Of a stretch of DNA of 64,000 nt, positions 49,043 through 58,969 are shown piece by piece. The DNA comes from Gemmatimonadales bacterium (GTDB lineage: Bacteria > Gemmatimonadota > Gemmatimonadetes > Gemmatimonadales > GWC2-71-9): contig JBBCJC010000001.1 in the NCBI GenBank assembly GCA_037189525.1, forward strand, positions 608,001 to 672,000. Direction: 5' to 3'. Made by a program: the position numbers and the translations under genes. Under the pieces are notes generated by a model. That model made no database searches and had not been told where the DNA came from. It saw only the letters and a program-made list of their open reading frames with translations. Each line of letters begins with the position of its first letter. The stretch's first letter is position 1.

Positions 49043-51515
49043 CTCGATCCGTCGATACTCCGTCCTGGCCGCCCTGCTCGCCGCGACAGCCTGCAGCGAA
49101 CATTCGGCGCCGTCCGAAGGCGCGTTTTCAGCCTCGCTTGCTCTGGCCCCGGTCATTGAAACCAGCGCCGCGCTGGCTCCGCTGCCGATCGACGGTGCCC
49201 GAGTTCGCGTCACACGCGCCACCAGGCCGAACGATGCCATCGTCGATACGCTGGTCGCATTTCCGGCCAATGCCCCGTCGGTGTCGCTGCAGCTGCGCAT
49301 CGAACTGGAAGCGCCAAGCGAACTGCTGGAGGTGACCATCACCCTGGTGGGCGGCGCCACCAGCTATTTCACGGGCTCCGATACCGTCACCGTCTCCTCC
49401 GGCCAGGGTGGTCCGACGGCAATGCCTCCGCTGACCCTGCGGTATGTCGGCCCCGGCGCCGATGTCACCACGCTGCGCATTGCCCCGCGCGACACCCTCG
49501 CTTCATTCGGCGACTCGGTCCGATTCCGCGCGACCGGCACGACGGCTTCAGGCACCGTCATCCCCAATCTGCCCATTACCTGGAGCACCAGCGACGCGGC
49601 CGTGGCCATGACGGATGCCGGCGCATTGCGAGCGCCGGCCCGCCGGGCCACGCTCAGAGTGCGGGGCGTCCTGCCCAACGGAGTTCGTGACTCCGTCAAC
49701 CTGACCTTCGTCGCGGTACCCTCGACCCTCACGGTCGTCTCCGGCGGCAATCAGACCGGCCGGCCGAACGCCCCGCTCCCCGTGCCGATCACCATCGAGG
49801 TCCGCGCGGCCGACGACCTTCCCCTTGCGGGGGTGCCGATCTTTTTCCGGTCCGTCTCCGGCGGTGGCGGGGTCGAAGTCGCGGAAATGCAGACCGACGA
49901 CGCGGGCCGCGCCTCGACCGACGTCTACCTCGGGCCGACGCTCGGTGAGCAACAATTCGAAGTCAGCGCGCCCGGCATCGCCCCGGTGACGATCACCGCC
50001 ACGGCCGCGTACGGCAGCCCGGCAACCCTGCTGCTGGTGTCCGGCGGCGATCAGCGCGGCAGCCCGGGAAGCACCCTGCCCGTCCCGCTCAGGGTGCGGG
50101 TCATTGATGCTGACGAACTACCCCTCCCCGATGTGACCGTCTCGTTCCGCGCACTCGCCGCGGGCGCTTCGGTTACCCCTGTCTCAGGCACCACGAACGA
50201 GGAGGGCGAAGCATCGACGACGGCGCAGCTTGGCTCGGGCCTCGGATCACAACAGTTCGAAATCAGCGTGGCCGGGCTCCCGGTGCTCCTCGTCTCCGCC
50301 ACGGCCGAAGTGGGTGTTGCGGCGGCGATTGCCTATAACGGCGGAGGAGCCCAGACCGCTATGGTCGGTACACCCTTTAGCGCGCCGCTCTCGGTTCGCG
50401 TCACCGATGAAGATGGTATCGGCGTTTCAGGCGTGACGGTGATGTGGCAGGTCGTGCACAGCAACGGGACGGTCGGATCGGCGACATCGGTCTCGGGAGC
50501 CACGGGCGTGGCCACCATGACGGCCAACGCCCCGACCCGGCAGGGGCTCGCGCTGTACCGGGCGTCGCTGCCTAACGTTTCGGAGGTCACCTTCGCCGGG
50601 TTCGGAACGGCGGGACCAGCGACACAGGTCGCAGTACATAACGGCGCCAACCAGTCGATCCACTTTCTCTCAGAAGATCTGGAAGTCCTGGTCACGGACA
50701 GTCACGGCAATCCGGTCCCGGAAGCGGTGGTCCAATGGACGGAACAGGTCGGAGGCAACGGAACCTTCACCCAGCTCAGTAGTCTGAGCGACACCCTTGG
50801 CATCGCGCGGACCTCGTTTCTCATCCAGTCCAGTCCGACTCTGACGTCCCGAATTCGGGCCACCATCGACAACGGCAGTTTTGCAGAGATGAATCTGCTG
50901 GTGGACTTTTTCACCGTGGCCCTCAGGGATCGCTCGGGTCCAGGCAGCCCGGTGCAGGCGGGTAGCGCACCGGTCGTCTTCACAACCCAGCTTGCGGACG
51001 TCTCCGAGATCGGACTCTCGGGCATTCCGACCACCTGGAGCGTGATCCGGGGCGGCGGCAGCCTGTCCCTGCCAAACACATTCACCAACACCGCGGGCAT
51101 TGCCTCGGGACAGTACGCACCGGGTCCGCTTGCCGGGCATCACGTGCTGCAAGCCGTCCATCAGGTCGGATCGGTCAGCATCCCGATGCGGTTTGCGTTC
51201 CGGGTCGTACCCGGCCAGGCCAATCGGGTCCTGCCGGTCGCCGGCGACCGGCAGACGGTTCCTCAGGGCGGCAGCTTGGCCGAGCCGCTACGGGCGCTGG
51301 TGGTCGATCAGTTCAACAATCCGATCGACGGTGTGACCGTGTCGTGGAGTCTGGTCGGCGGGGGGAACGTGGGCACTACGATCACTGGTAGCACCGGGAT
51401 CGCCTCCTTGGGCTTGAGCATCAACGGCCCGTCCGGAGCAAGGGAATACCGAGCTACCGTGTCCGGCGTCACGGCGCCGGCAACCTTCACGGTGTTCGTC
51501 CTGCCGCCGCCGTGA
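49035..51515 (+). CDS. Ig-like (Big_1-type) repeat lipoprotein
   Basis: ATAC lipobox; repeated SGGNQTG...LPVP...VRV.D...P..GV.V.F...T...G.A units. Confidence 0.82.
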   Translation: MPDSIRRYSVLAALLAATACSEHSAPSEGAFSASLALAPVIETSAALAPLPIDGARVRVTRATRPNDAIVDTLVAFPANAPSVSLQLRIELEAPSELLEVTITLVGGATSYFTGSDTVTVSSGQGGPTAMPPLTLRYVGPGADVTTLRIAPRDTLASFGDSVRFRATGTTASGTVIPNLPITWSTSDAAVAMTDAGALRAPARRATLRVRGVLPNGVRDSVNLTFVAVPSTLTVVSGGNQTGRPNAPLPVPITIEVRAADDLPLAGVPIFFRSVSGGGGVEVAEMQTDDAGRASTDVYLGPTLGEQQFEVSAPGIAPVTITATAAYGSPATLLLVSGGDQRGSPGSTLPVPLRVRVIDADELPLPDVTVSFRALAAGASVTPVSGTTNEEGEASTTAQLGSGLGSQQFEISVAGLPVLLVSATAEVGVAAAIAYNGGGAQTAMVGTPFSAPLSVRVTDEDGIGVSGVTVMWQVVHSNGTVGSATSVSGATGVATMTANAPTRQGLALYRASLPNVSEVTFAGFGTAGPATQVAVHNGANQSIHFLSEDLEVLVTDSHGNPVPEAVVQWTEQVGGNGTFTQLSSLSDTLGIARTSFLIQSSPTLTSRIRATIDNGSFAEMNLLVDFFTVALRDRSGPGSPVQAGSAPVVFTTQLADVSEIGLSGIPTTWSVIRGGGSLSLPNTFTNTAGIASGQYAPGPLAGHHVLQAVHQVGSVSIPMRFAFRVVPGQANRVLPVAGDRQTVPQGGSLAEPLRALVVDQFNNPIDGVTVSWSLVGGGNVGTTITGSTGIASLGLSINGPSGAREYRATVSGVTAPATFTVFVLPPP

Positions 51516-52197
51516 GCACGTCGCGGAGGACACGCCAGACGTTCTCCGCCACGAGCTCCTGGCCGCGCGCCGTCGGGTGGATCCCGTCGGCCTGGTTGAG
51601 CGAATCGACTCCAGCCACCCCTTCGAGGAGAAACGGCACCAGCGCCGCCTGATTGCTGCGCGCCAGATCGGGATAGATCGCCCGAAACCGGCTGGTGTAG
51701 TCCGTGCCGAGGTTCGGCATGGCCTCCATCCCCGTCAGCATCAGCCGAGGCGGCGGCTCGAGCCCCCGCGCCCGATCGAAGATGGCCTGGATGTTGGCCT
51801 TGGTCGAATCGGGGTTCTGACCGCGCAAGCCGTCGTTGGCGCCGGTTTCCACCATCAGCACCGCCACGTTGCCTTCGCGGAGAATCCAGTCGATCCGCCG
51901 CAACGCCCCCGCCGACGTCTCGCCGCTCACACCCCGATTGACCGCCCGATAGCGCAGGCCGGCCGAATCCAGCTTGCGCTGGATCAGCGCGGGATACGCC
52001 AGCTTCGGGTCGGGCAACCCGTACCCGGCCGTGAGGCTGGTCCCGAGAAAGACGATGGCCGGGGTCGAATCCTCCACCACCGCCTCGGCGCTGACCGGAG
52101 GAGGCTGGGGCGGCGACGCAGGCTGTTCGGGCCTCGCCCCGCACCCGGTCAGCACCAGGGCCATCAGAATGAAACGCGACCCCGATCTGGCTATCAT
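51487..52197 (-). CDS. tesA: TesA-like SGNH arylesterase/acyl-CoA thioesterase lipoprotein (start uncertain)
   Basis: GTSLTAG, NRGVSGETSAG, GANDGLRG, PFLLEGV, DGIHP; LTGC lipobox. Confidence 0.88.
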   Translation of the reverse strand: MIARSGSRFILMALVLTGCGARPEQPASPPQPPPVSAEAVVEDSTPAIVFLGTSLTAGYGLPDPKLAYPALIQRKLDSAGLRYRAVNRGVSGETSAGALRRIDWILREGNVAVLMVETGANDGLRGQNPDSTKANIQAIFDRARGLEPPPRLMLTGMEAMPNLGTDYTSRFRAIYPDLARSNQAALVPFLLEGVAGVDSLNQADGIHPTARGQELVAENVWRVLRDVLTAAAGRTP

Positions 52198-52204
52198 TGG
52201 ACCC

Positions 52205-52900
52205 ATGTCCAAGCCCTCGTCAGCTATGCTTGAATGCGCCGGCCTCACCCAGACCTATCTGTCGGGCGGACGCCAGCTTACCGTGCTGAACAATATCACG
52301 TTCAGCCTCGAACACGGTGGCTTTCTCGCCATCGTCGGCCCTTCCGGCAGCGGCAAAACCACCCTGCTAGGCCTGCTGGCGGGGCTGGACCGGCCCAGCG
52401 CCGGCCGGATCATGCTGGATGGCCACGACCTGGGCGCCATGACGGAAGATCAGCGGGCCCAGCTCAGGGGCCAGAAGGTCGGCTTCGTCTTCCAGTCATT
52501 CCACCTGATTCCGACGCTGACGGCCCGCGAAAACGTCCAGGTGCCCCTGGAACTCCGCGGCGAGCCCGCGGCCGAGCGGGCTCAGGAACTCCTGACGCGG
52601 GTAGGCTTGGGCGACCGGGCGCACCACTATCCGACCCAGCTGTCCGGCGGTGAGCAGCAGCGCGTGGCCCTGGCCCGCGCCTTCGCATCCCGGCCCCAGA
52701 TTCTCTTTGCCGACGAACCGACCGGGAACCTCGACGCCAAGACCGGCGCGTCGATCGTCGACCTGATTCTCGAGCTCAACCGCGAGTGGGGCACCACCCT
52801 GGTCCTGGTGACCCACGACCGCGACCTCGCCGCCCGGGCCTGCCGTGTGATCCGCCTGACCGACGGTCATGTGGTCGAGGATACCGCGGCGGCCGCATGA
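52205..52900 (+). CDS. ybbA: ABC transporter ATP-binding protein (YbbA-like)
   Basis: GPSGSGKTT, LSGGEQQRV, ADEPTGNLD, VTHD; divergent from tesA. Confidence 0.88.
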   Translation: MSKPSSAMLECAGLTQTYLSGGRQLTVLNNITFSLEHGGFLAIVGPSGSGKTTLLGLLAGLDRPSAGRIMLDGHDLGAMTEDQRAQLRGQKVGFVFQSFHLIPTLTARENVQVPLELRGEPAAERAQELLTRVGLGDRAHHYPTQLSGGEQQRVALARAFASRPQILFADEPTGNLDAKTGASIVDLILELNREWGTTLVLVTHDRDLAARACRVIRLTDGHVVEDTAAAA

Positions 52901-55515
52901 ACCTGCCTTTCGTCTTCAAGCTTGCCTGGCGGGAAAGCCGGGCAGCGCGCCGGCGTCTGATCATGCTGGTAGCCTCGGTGGCTGCCGGCGTCGCGGCGCT
53001 GGTGGCCATCAACGGCTTTACCGAGAACCTGCGCACCTCGGTTGGTACGCAAGCCAAGGTCCTGCTCGGCGCCGATCTGGTGATTACCGGCCGGCGCGCC
53101 TTTACCGAACCGATCCAGCAGTTGGTCGACACCCTGGTCCGTGGCGACACCACCCGGTCCGATCGCGGCGCCTCGGCGCAAGTCACCAGCTTCGCAGCGA
53201 TGGCCTACGTCACGACCACCTCGGCGGTCCGTCTGGTCCAGGTCCGCGGAGTCGAGCCCGGCTATCCCTTCTATGGTGACATTCGGACGACCCCCTCGGA
53301 CCGCTGGTCGGCCTTGGGGCCCGGACGAGCCGTCGTCGACCCCGCCCTGCTCACCGCGCTCAACGCCGAGTTGGGCGATACGCTGGCCATCGGCGAGGGC
53401 CGATTCGTGATCGATGCGACGGTCGCCAATATCCCCGGCGATGTCGGCGTGGCAACCGCCTTCGGGCCGAGAGTGTTCCTGACAGCCTCGGACCTGGCCA
53501 CGACCGGCCTGCTCCAGTTCGGGTCGCGGGTCGAATACGAATGGTTCGTCAAGCTGCCCAGCGCCACCGAATCACGGGCCGAACAGCTGGCGGCCGAGCG
53601 ACGCCAGGACCTGCGCACCTTACGTTATCGGATCCGGAGCGTCGACGAAGATCGCGAAGATCTCGCCGACACGCTGACTCGGCTGGGTAACTATCTCGGC
53701 CTCGTCGCCCTGGTGGCTCTCCTGCTGGGCGGCCTGGGCGTCGCGAGCGCAACCCATCTCTTCATCCGCCGCAAACTCGACACCATCGCGATCCTCCGCT
53801 GCCTGGGCGCGACCTCCGGCCAGGTCTTCCTGGCTTATCTGGTCCAGGCGCTCGCGATGGGCTTGCTGGGCAGCCTGTTGGGCGCGGCCCTGGGCGTCGG
53901 GATCCAGCAGTTCCTGCCCTACTTGTTTCTCGACCTGCTGCCGGTCGACGTGACCATTGCCGTTGCCCCGGCGGCCGTGGCCATTGGAGTCGGCCTTGGC
54001 GTCTGGGTGGCTCTGGTCTTTGCACTGCTGCCGCTGCTCGGCGTGCGCCGCGTCTCTCCGCTGGTGACACTGCGGCGCGGCGAAGAAGCCGCCGATCAGC
54101 GCAAAGATCCGCTGGCCTGGGTCGCGTTCCTGCTGCTGGCGGCGAGCGTCTATGGCCTGGCCGCGGTGCAGGTGCGCGACGCGCGCGAGGGCGCCTATTT
54201 CGCAGCTGGCGTGGGCGTGGTCGTCCTGGTGCTCTGGCTGGCGTCGATCGGGCTGATCAAGGCGCTCCGCCGCTGGTTCCCGTCCAGTTGGCCCTACCTC
54301 TGGCGACAGGGGCTCGCCAATCTCTATCGTCCGGCCAATCAGACCGGCACCGTCATCCTGGCGCTCGGGTTCGGCGCTTTCCTGCTCGCGACGCTCTTTC
54401 TGGTCCAGCACAATCTGCTGCGGGAATTCCGGGTCGGCGGCGGCTCGGGCGAACGGCCCAACGTGATGTTCTTCGACATGCAGCCCGATCAGGTCGCGGG
54501 CGTGATGGGGATCCTCGAGCAGGCGGAGATCGAGGGGAGCCCGCCGGTCCCGATCGTCGGGATGCGGGTCTACTCGATCCGGGGCCAGCGGGTGCTCCAG
54601 ACCGCAGCGCCCGTCGATTCGCTGGAACTCGACGGCCCCGATCAGGACGAGATCGACCAACCGGCGCCGAGCGACAGCGGCCCGCCGCGCGGCTGGGCGG
54701 TGCGGCGCGAATACCGCTCGACCTACCGCGACAGTATCACCGATTCCGAGCGGATCGTGGCAGGCTCCTGGTGGAGCGGACCCCGCGGCAACGGCCCGGC
54801 CCGGATTTCCCTCGATCGCGAAATCGCCGGCGACCTTCGGGTCCAAGTCGGCGACGAAATCGTCTGGGATGTCCAGGGCGTCCAGGTGCCGAGCGTCGTG
54901 ACCAATCTTCGCGAGGTCGACTGGGGCCGGTTCCAGACCAATTTTTATGTCGTGTTCGAAACGGGCATCCTCGACGACGCGCCGCAGATGCTGGTGACGC
55001 TGGCACGCATCGACAGCGCCGCGGTCCGTGGACGGTTGCAGCGGCAGATTGCGGAGCGATACTCCAACGTCGCCGCCATCGACCTGTCGCAAGTACAGGA
55101 AGTGATCGAGAGCGTCCTAGGCAAAGCCAGCCTGGCCGTCCGATTCCTGGCCCTCTTCAGCCTGGCCGCCGGGACCATCGTGCTGGTGGGCGCCGTGACG
55201 ACGGCGCGGCTGCAGCGGCTCCGCGAGGGAGTCCTGCTCAAAACCCTGGGCGCCACCCGTGCGCAGGTACTGCGAATTCTGATCGCCGAGTATGCAGCGC
55301 TGGGCATCATGGCGGCACTGGTGGCCATCGTGCTCTCGTCGGTGGCGGGTTGGGCGCTGGCCCGGTTCGTCTTCGAAGCCCGCTATGACCTGCCCATTGC
55401 GGCGCTGTCCGGCTTGACGGCACTGCTGGTCGGGCTCACGTTGCTGGTTGGTCTCTGGAGCAGTGCGGAGGTCCTCAAACGGCCCCCGCTCGCCATTCTT
55501 CGATCCGATACTTAG
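52897..55515 (+). CDS. ybbP: ABC transporter permease, FtsX/YbbP-like
   Basis: ATGA overlap; AWRESRA, YPFYG, IAILRCLGA, REVDW, LKTLGATR. Confidence 0.88.
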   Translation: MNLPFVFKLAWRESRAARRRLIMLVASVAAGVAALVAINGFTENLRTSVGTQAKVLLGADLVITGRRAFTEPIQQLVDTLVRGDTTRSDRGASAQVTSFAAMAYVTTTSAVRLVQVRGVEPGYPFYGDIRTTPSDRWSALGPGRAVVDPALLTALNAELGDTLAIGEGRFVIDATVANIPGDVGVATAFGPRVFLTASDLATTGLLQFGSRVEYEWFVKLPSATESRAEQLAAERRQDLRTLRYRIRSVDEDREDLADTLTRLGNYLGLVALVALLLGGLGVASATHLFIRRKLDTIAILRCLGATSGQVFLAYLVQALAMGLLGSLLGAALGVGIQQFLPYLFLDLLPVDVTIAVAPAAVAIGVGLGVWVALVFALLPLLGVRRVSPLVTLRRGEEAADQRKDPLAWVAFLLLAASVYGLAAVQVRDAREGAYFAAGVGVVVLVLWLASIGLIKALRRWFPSSWPYLWRQGLANLYRPANQTGTVILALGFGAFLLATLFLVQHNLLREFRVGGGSGERPNVMFFDMQPDQVAGVMGILEQAEIEGSPPVPIVGMRVYSIRGQRVLQTAAPVDSLELDGPDQDEIDQPAPSDSGPPRGWAVRREYRSTYRDSITDSERIVAGSWWSGPRGNGPARISLDREIAGDLRVQVGDEIVWDVQGVQVPSVVTNLREVDWGRFQTNFYVVFETGILDDAPQMLVTLARIDSAAVRGRLQRQIAERYSNVAAIDLSQVQEVIESVLGKASLAVRFLALFSLAAGTIVLVGAVTTARLQRLREGVLLKTLGATRAQVLRILIAEYAALGIMAALVAIVLSSVAGWALARFVFEARYDLPIAALSGLTALLVGLTLLVGLWSSAEVLKRPPLAILRSDT

Positions 55516-55530
55516 TTAGGAGCTTCTGGC

Positions 55531-56445
55531 ATGCTGGCCATCGATTTACGCGGCAAACGGGCATTCGTGGCCGGTGTGGCCGACGACGGCGGGTTCGGCT
55601 TCGCGATTGCCAAGGCCCTGGCCGAGGCCGGCGCCACGGTCTGTCTGGGAACCTGGCCGCCGGCCATGGGCATCTTCGAAAAGCTGCTCGAACGCGGCAA
55701 GATGGCCGACTCGATGCGGCTGTCCGACGGGTCGCCCCTCGAATTCGAACGGATCTACCCCCTCGATGCCGCCTATGACACCCTCGAGGACGCTCCGGCC
55801 GAGGTCCTGGACAACAAGCGGTACCGCGAGCGGGGAGACTTCTCGATCAAGGGCGTCGCGGATCGCCTGGCCGCCGATTTCGGGACTCCCTGTCTCGACA
55901 TCCTGGTCCACAGCCTGGCCAATGGCCCCGAAGTCCGCCAGCCGCTGCTCGACACCAGCCGGCGCGGGTACCTGGACGCCATCGGGGTCAGCGCCTACAG
56001 CAACATTTCCCTGATCCGGACCCTGGCTCCGCTGTTCCGGCCCCAGAGCTCGGCCATTTCGCTCACCTACATGGCAAGCGAGCGGGTCATCCCGGGCTAC
56101 GGCGGCGGCATGTCGTCGGCCAAAGCCGCCCTCGAATCGGATACCCGAACCCTGGCGTTCGAGGCCGGCCGGCGGATCGGCATCCGGATCAACACCATCT
56201 CGGCGGGGCCCTACGCTTCGCGCGCAGCAAGTGCCATCGGGCTGATCGAACGGATGATCCGCTACACCAAACAGCACAGCCCGCTGACCCGGACCTTCGA
56301 AGCAACCGACGTCGCCAACGCGGCCGCCTTTCTGGCCAGCCCGCTGGCCGTCGGGATTACGGGGACGGTGCTGTACGTCGACAACGGCTATCACGCCATG
56401 GGCATGGGCGTCGACGAATCCGTTCTGTCGGTGTCGTCCGAATGA
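55531..56445 (+). CDS. fabI: Enoyl-ACP reductase, plant/Chlamydia-type
   Basis: AGVADDGGFGFAIAK, GTWPP, YPLDA, HSLANGPEV, YGGGMSSAKAALESD, VDNG. Confidence 0.92.
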   Translation: MLAIDLRGKRAFVAGVADDGGFGFAIAKALAEAGATVCLGTWPPAMGIFEKLLERGKMADSMRLSDGSPLEFERIYPLDAAYDTLEDAPAEVLDNKRYRERGDFSIKGVADRLAADFGTPCLDILVHSLANGPEVRQPLLDTSRRGYLDAIGVSAYSNISLIRTLAPLFRPQSSAISLTYMASERVIPGYGGGMSSAKAALESDTRTLAFEAGRRIGIRINTISAGPYASRAASAIGLIERMIRYTKQHSPLTRTFEATDVANAAAFLASPLAVGITGTVLYVDNGYHAMGMGVDESVLSVSSE

Positions 56446-56825
56446 CGGCCCAGCGAATTGCCGCTCTGGCCGGTCTCCTCGGCGCCGCCGGTGTCGGACT
56501 CGGAGCGTTTGGTGCGCATGGCCTGGCCAAACGGGTGCCGGCTGCCGACCTGGCGATCTTCGAAACGGCCACGCGCTACCATCTGACGCACGCGGTGGCC
56601 CTCCTGGCGCTGGCCGCGTGGGCGGCGCACGCCCCATCGGCCCGGCTCGAGTGGGCGGCGTGGGCATTCACAGCCGGCATCGCGATCTTTTCGGGTAGTC
56701 TGTATCTGCTGGTGCTCACCAACACCCGTTGGCTCGGTGCGGTCACCCCGATCGGCGGCGTCGCATTGATTGCCGGGTGGCTCCTGATTGCTGCCCACGC
56801 CTTGGCGTCCGCCCGGCAGACATGA
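56442..56825 (+). CDS. DUF423 (YgdD/TMEM256) membrane protein
   Basis: GAFGAHGL, FETATRYH, FSGSLY, TPIGG. Confidence 0.9.
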   Translation: MTAQRIAALAGLLGAAGVGLGAFGAHGLAKRVPAADLAIFETATRYHLTHAVALLALAAWAAHAPSARLEWAAWAFTAGIAIFSGSLYLLVLTNTRWLGAVTPIGGVALIAGWLLIAAHALASARQT

Positions 56826-57463
56826 CATCGGGCCGCTACCTCCCGCTCCTCACCGAGCTGGATCGGTGGCAGGCCCAAGCCGCCAAGGATCATCCCGGGG
56901 TCATTCCCTGCCGCGCGGGCTGTACCGCCTGTTGTCACGGCCCGTTCGACATCTCGATTGCCGATGTGGCCCTGCTCGTCGACGCCGTCAGCCGCCTGTC
57001 GGTATCGACGCGGCAGGATGTTCTAACCCGGGCCCGCGCCCACGCCGACGCCGTCCGCGCGCTGGCGCCCGAATGGAACGCTCCCTACGACATCCGCGCC
57101 ATCGGCGACGATTGCTTCGACCAGTTGAGTGATGCGCTGGCGACGCTGCCCTGCCCGCTCCTCGACCAGGAGGGGCGCTGCACCATCTACGACGCCCGGC
57201 CTGCGGTCTGCCGCCTGATGGGACTCGCACTGATCAACGAACATGATGACGTGATCGACAACAGTTGCCCGATCCAGGACGACTTCCCGACCTATCGCGA
57301 CCTGGCACCGCAATTTTTTGCGCTCGATGCGTGGGAAGATTCAGAAGAGTCGTGTCGCGCCACCGCAGCCGTGCAACTTACTGCCGATGCCGACGCAGCC
57401 GGATATGAAACCACGATCGCGATGGCCCTGATGGCGTGGCCGACCGAGCCACGCCCCGCGTAA
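56822..57463 (+). CDS. YkgJ family cysteine-cluster (putative Zn/Fe-S) protein
   Basis: CRAGCTACC...CPLL...CTIYDARPAVCR. Confidence 0.85.
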   Translation: MTSGRYLPLLTELDRWQAQAAKDHPGVIPCRAGCTACCHGPFDISIADVALLVDAVSRLSVSTRQDVLTRARAHADAVRALAPEWNAPYDIRAIGDDCFDQLSDALATLPCPLLDQEGRCTIYDARPAVCRLMGLALINEHDDVIDNSCPIQDDFPTYRDLAPQFFALDAWEDSEESCRATAAVQLTADADAAGYETTIAMALMAWPTEPRPA

Positions 57464-57516
57464 GATCGATTTCCACGCCTTGCCGAGCGGTCCCGACTCC
57501 GCCAACTTTTTATAGT

Positions 57517-57981
57517 ATGAGTCCGCTCTCCGATTTGATCCATGGCCGAGGCGTTCACGTCGACCCCCTCAGGTGCGTCGAAGACCTCACGCGCGACCTC
57601 GCCGCGCAGACGGTTCCGGACCTGCCGCACACCATCTGGCAGATTCTTGGCCATATCAATTATTGGATCGACTGGGGCCTCAAGCGAATCGAAGGCGTCG
57701 AAACCGGACTCGAGAACGAGCAGGCGAGCTGGCCGACGATCGCCGGACTGGACGACGATCTTGCCTGGCAGCACGAGGTAGGATTCTTCAGTACCAATCT
57801 GGATCAGCTGGCCACGCTGGCCGATGCACGCGCCTCGACCTTGTCACGCATTCTGGATCGCACCACGGGCCAGACCGTGGAGGGCGTCCTCTGGGAACTG
57901 GTCCTGCATAACAGCTACCATCTGGGCCAGATCGTCCAGCTGCGCAGGCTGTTGCACGTCTGGCCGCCTCAGGGCCGCTGA
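57517..57981 (+). CDS. DinB family protein
   Basis: HTIWQILGH...HNSYHLGQIVQLRR. Confidence 0.85.
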   Translation: MSPLSDLIHGRGVHVDPLRCVEDLTRDLAAQTVPDLPHTIWQILGHINYWIDWGLKRIEGVETGLENEQASWPTIAGLDDDLAWQHEVGFFSTNLDQLATLADARASTLSRILDRTTGQTVEGVLWELVLHNSYHLGQIVQLRRLLHVWPPQGR

Positions 57982-58002
57982 GACGACCGGGACTCCGAGT
58001 CG

Positions 58003-58965
58003 CTACCCTTCCCCGAGGGCGCGCACCGCAATATCGGGAAAGTCCGTAAACACGCCATCGACACCCAGTTCCGCAAACCGGCGTACTTCACGCGCTGGGT
58101 CGCCGCCGTACCCGGCCGGCAGAAACTCCGCATCGGCACGCAGGGTCCAGACATGCACGAATAGTCCGGCCCGATGCGCCTCGGCCACCAGCGTGGTGGG
58201 CGGGTCGAGTCGTCCGTCCGCACCAATCGGCTGCACCAGTTCCTTCGCCACCCCGATACCGTCGGCGTACTCGGCGACGGCCTTCAGACCCTCGGCCGTG
58301 ATGAGGTCGGCATACCTTCGACTGTCTCCCGACACCACGAAATCGGCCGGCCGGCCGCGAGGTTCGATCAGTTGCACCAGCCGGGCACGGGTCTGCCCGC
58401 GCGCGCGACGCAGATTGGCCGTCTCGAACGACTGGATGAATACCGGGTCTTCGCGCTCTCGATACCCGAACCGATCGAGCGTAGCAAGCAGCGATGCGGT
58501 AATCGGAAGGCCCAACGCCTCGTGGTGACTCGGGTGCTTGGTCTCGGGATAGATCCCGATCCGTCGGCCCAGCCGCTGTTCTTCTCCCTGAACGAAGCGA
58601 ATCACTTCGTCCAGGGTCGGCACCTCGTAGAGTCCGTCATAGTCGTGGGACCGGAAGCTGAGACGCTCGCGGGCGCGGAGCGTTTTGATCTCGGCGAGCG
58701 TGAAATCCTCGACGAACCAGCCGCTGAACTCGGCGCCATCGATGACCGCGGTGCGCCGTCGTTCCGGAAACTTGGCGGCCGCGTCGGTGGTCTGTCCGAT
58801 TTCGTTCTCGTGACGCACCACCAGGACGCCGTCACGCGTCATCACCAGATCCGGTTCGATGACGTCGGCGCCCTGGGCAATGGCCAATCGGTACGATTCG
58901 AGGGTGTGTTCGGGACGGTACCCCGATGCGCCGCGGTGCCCGATGACGATCGGTCCGGGCGCCAC
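58003..58965 (-). CDS. Glycerophosphodiester phosphodiesterase
   Basis: GHRGASGYRPEHT, IEPDLV, RHE, ETK, QSF, WT, FTDFP. Confidence 0.92.
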   Translation of the reverse strand: MAPGPIVIGHRGASGYRPEHTLESYRLAIAQGADVIEPDLVMTRDGVLVVRHENEIGQTTDAAAKFPERRRTAVIDGAEFSGWFVEDFTLAEIKTLRARERLSFRSHDYDGLYEVPTLDEVIRFVQGEEQRLGRRIGIYPETKHPSHHEALGLPITASLLATLDRFGYREREDPVFIQSFETANLRRARGQTRARLVQLIEPRGRPADFVVSGDSRRYADLITAEGLKAVAEYADGIGVAKELVQPIGADGRLDPPTTLVAEAHRAGLFVHVWTLRADAEFLPAGYGGDPAREVRRFAELGVDGVFTDFPDIAVRALGEG

Positions 58966-58969
58966 GGGC

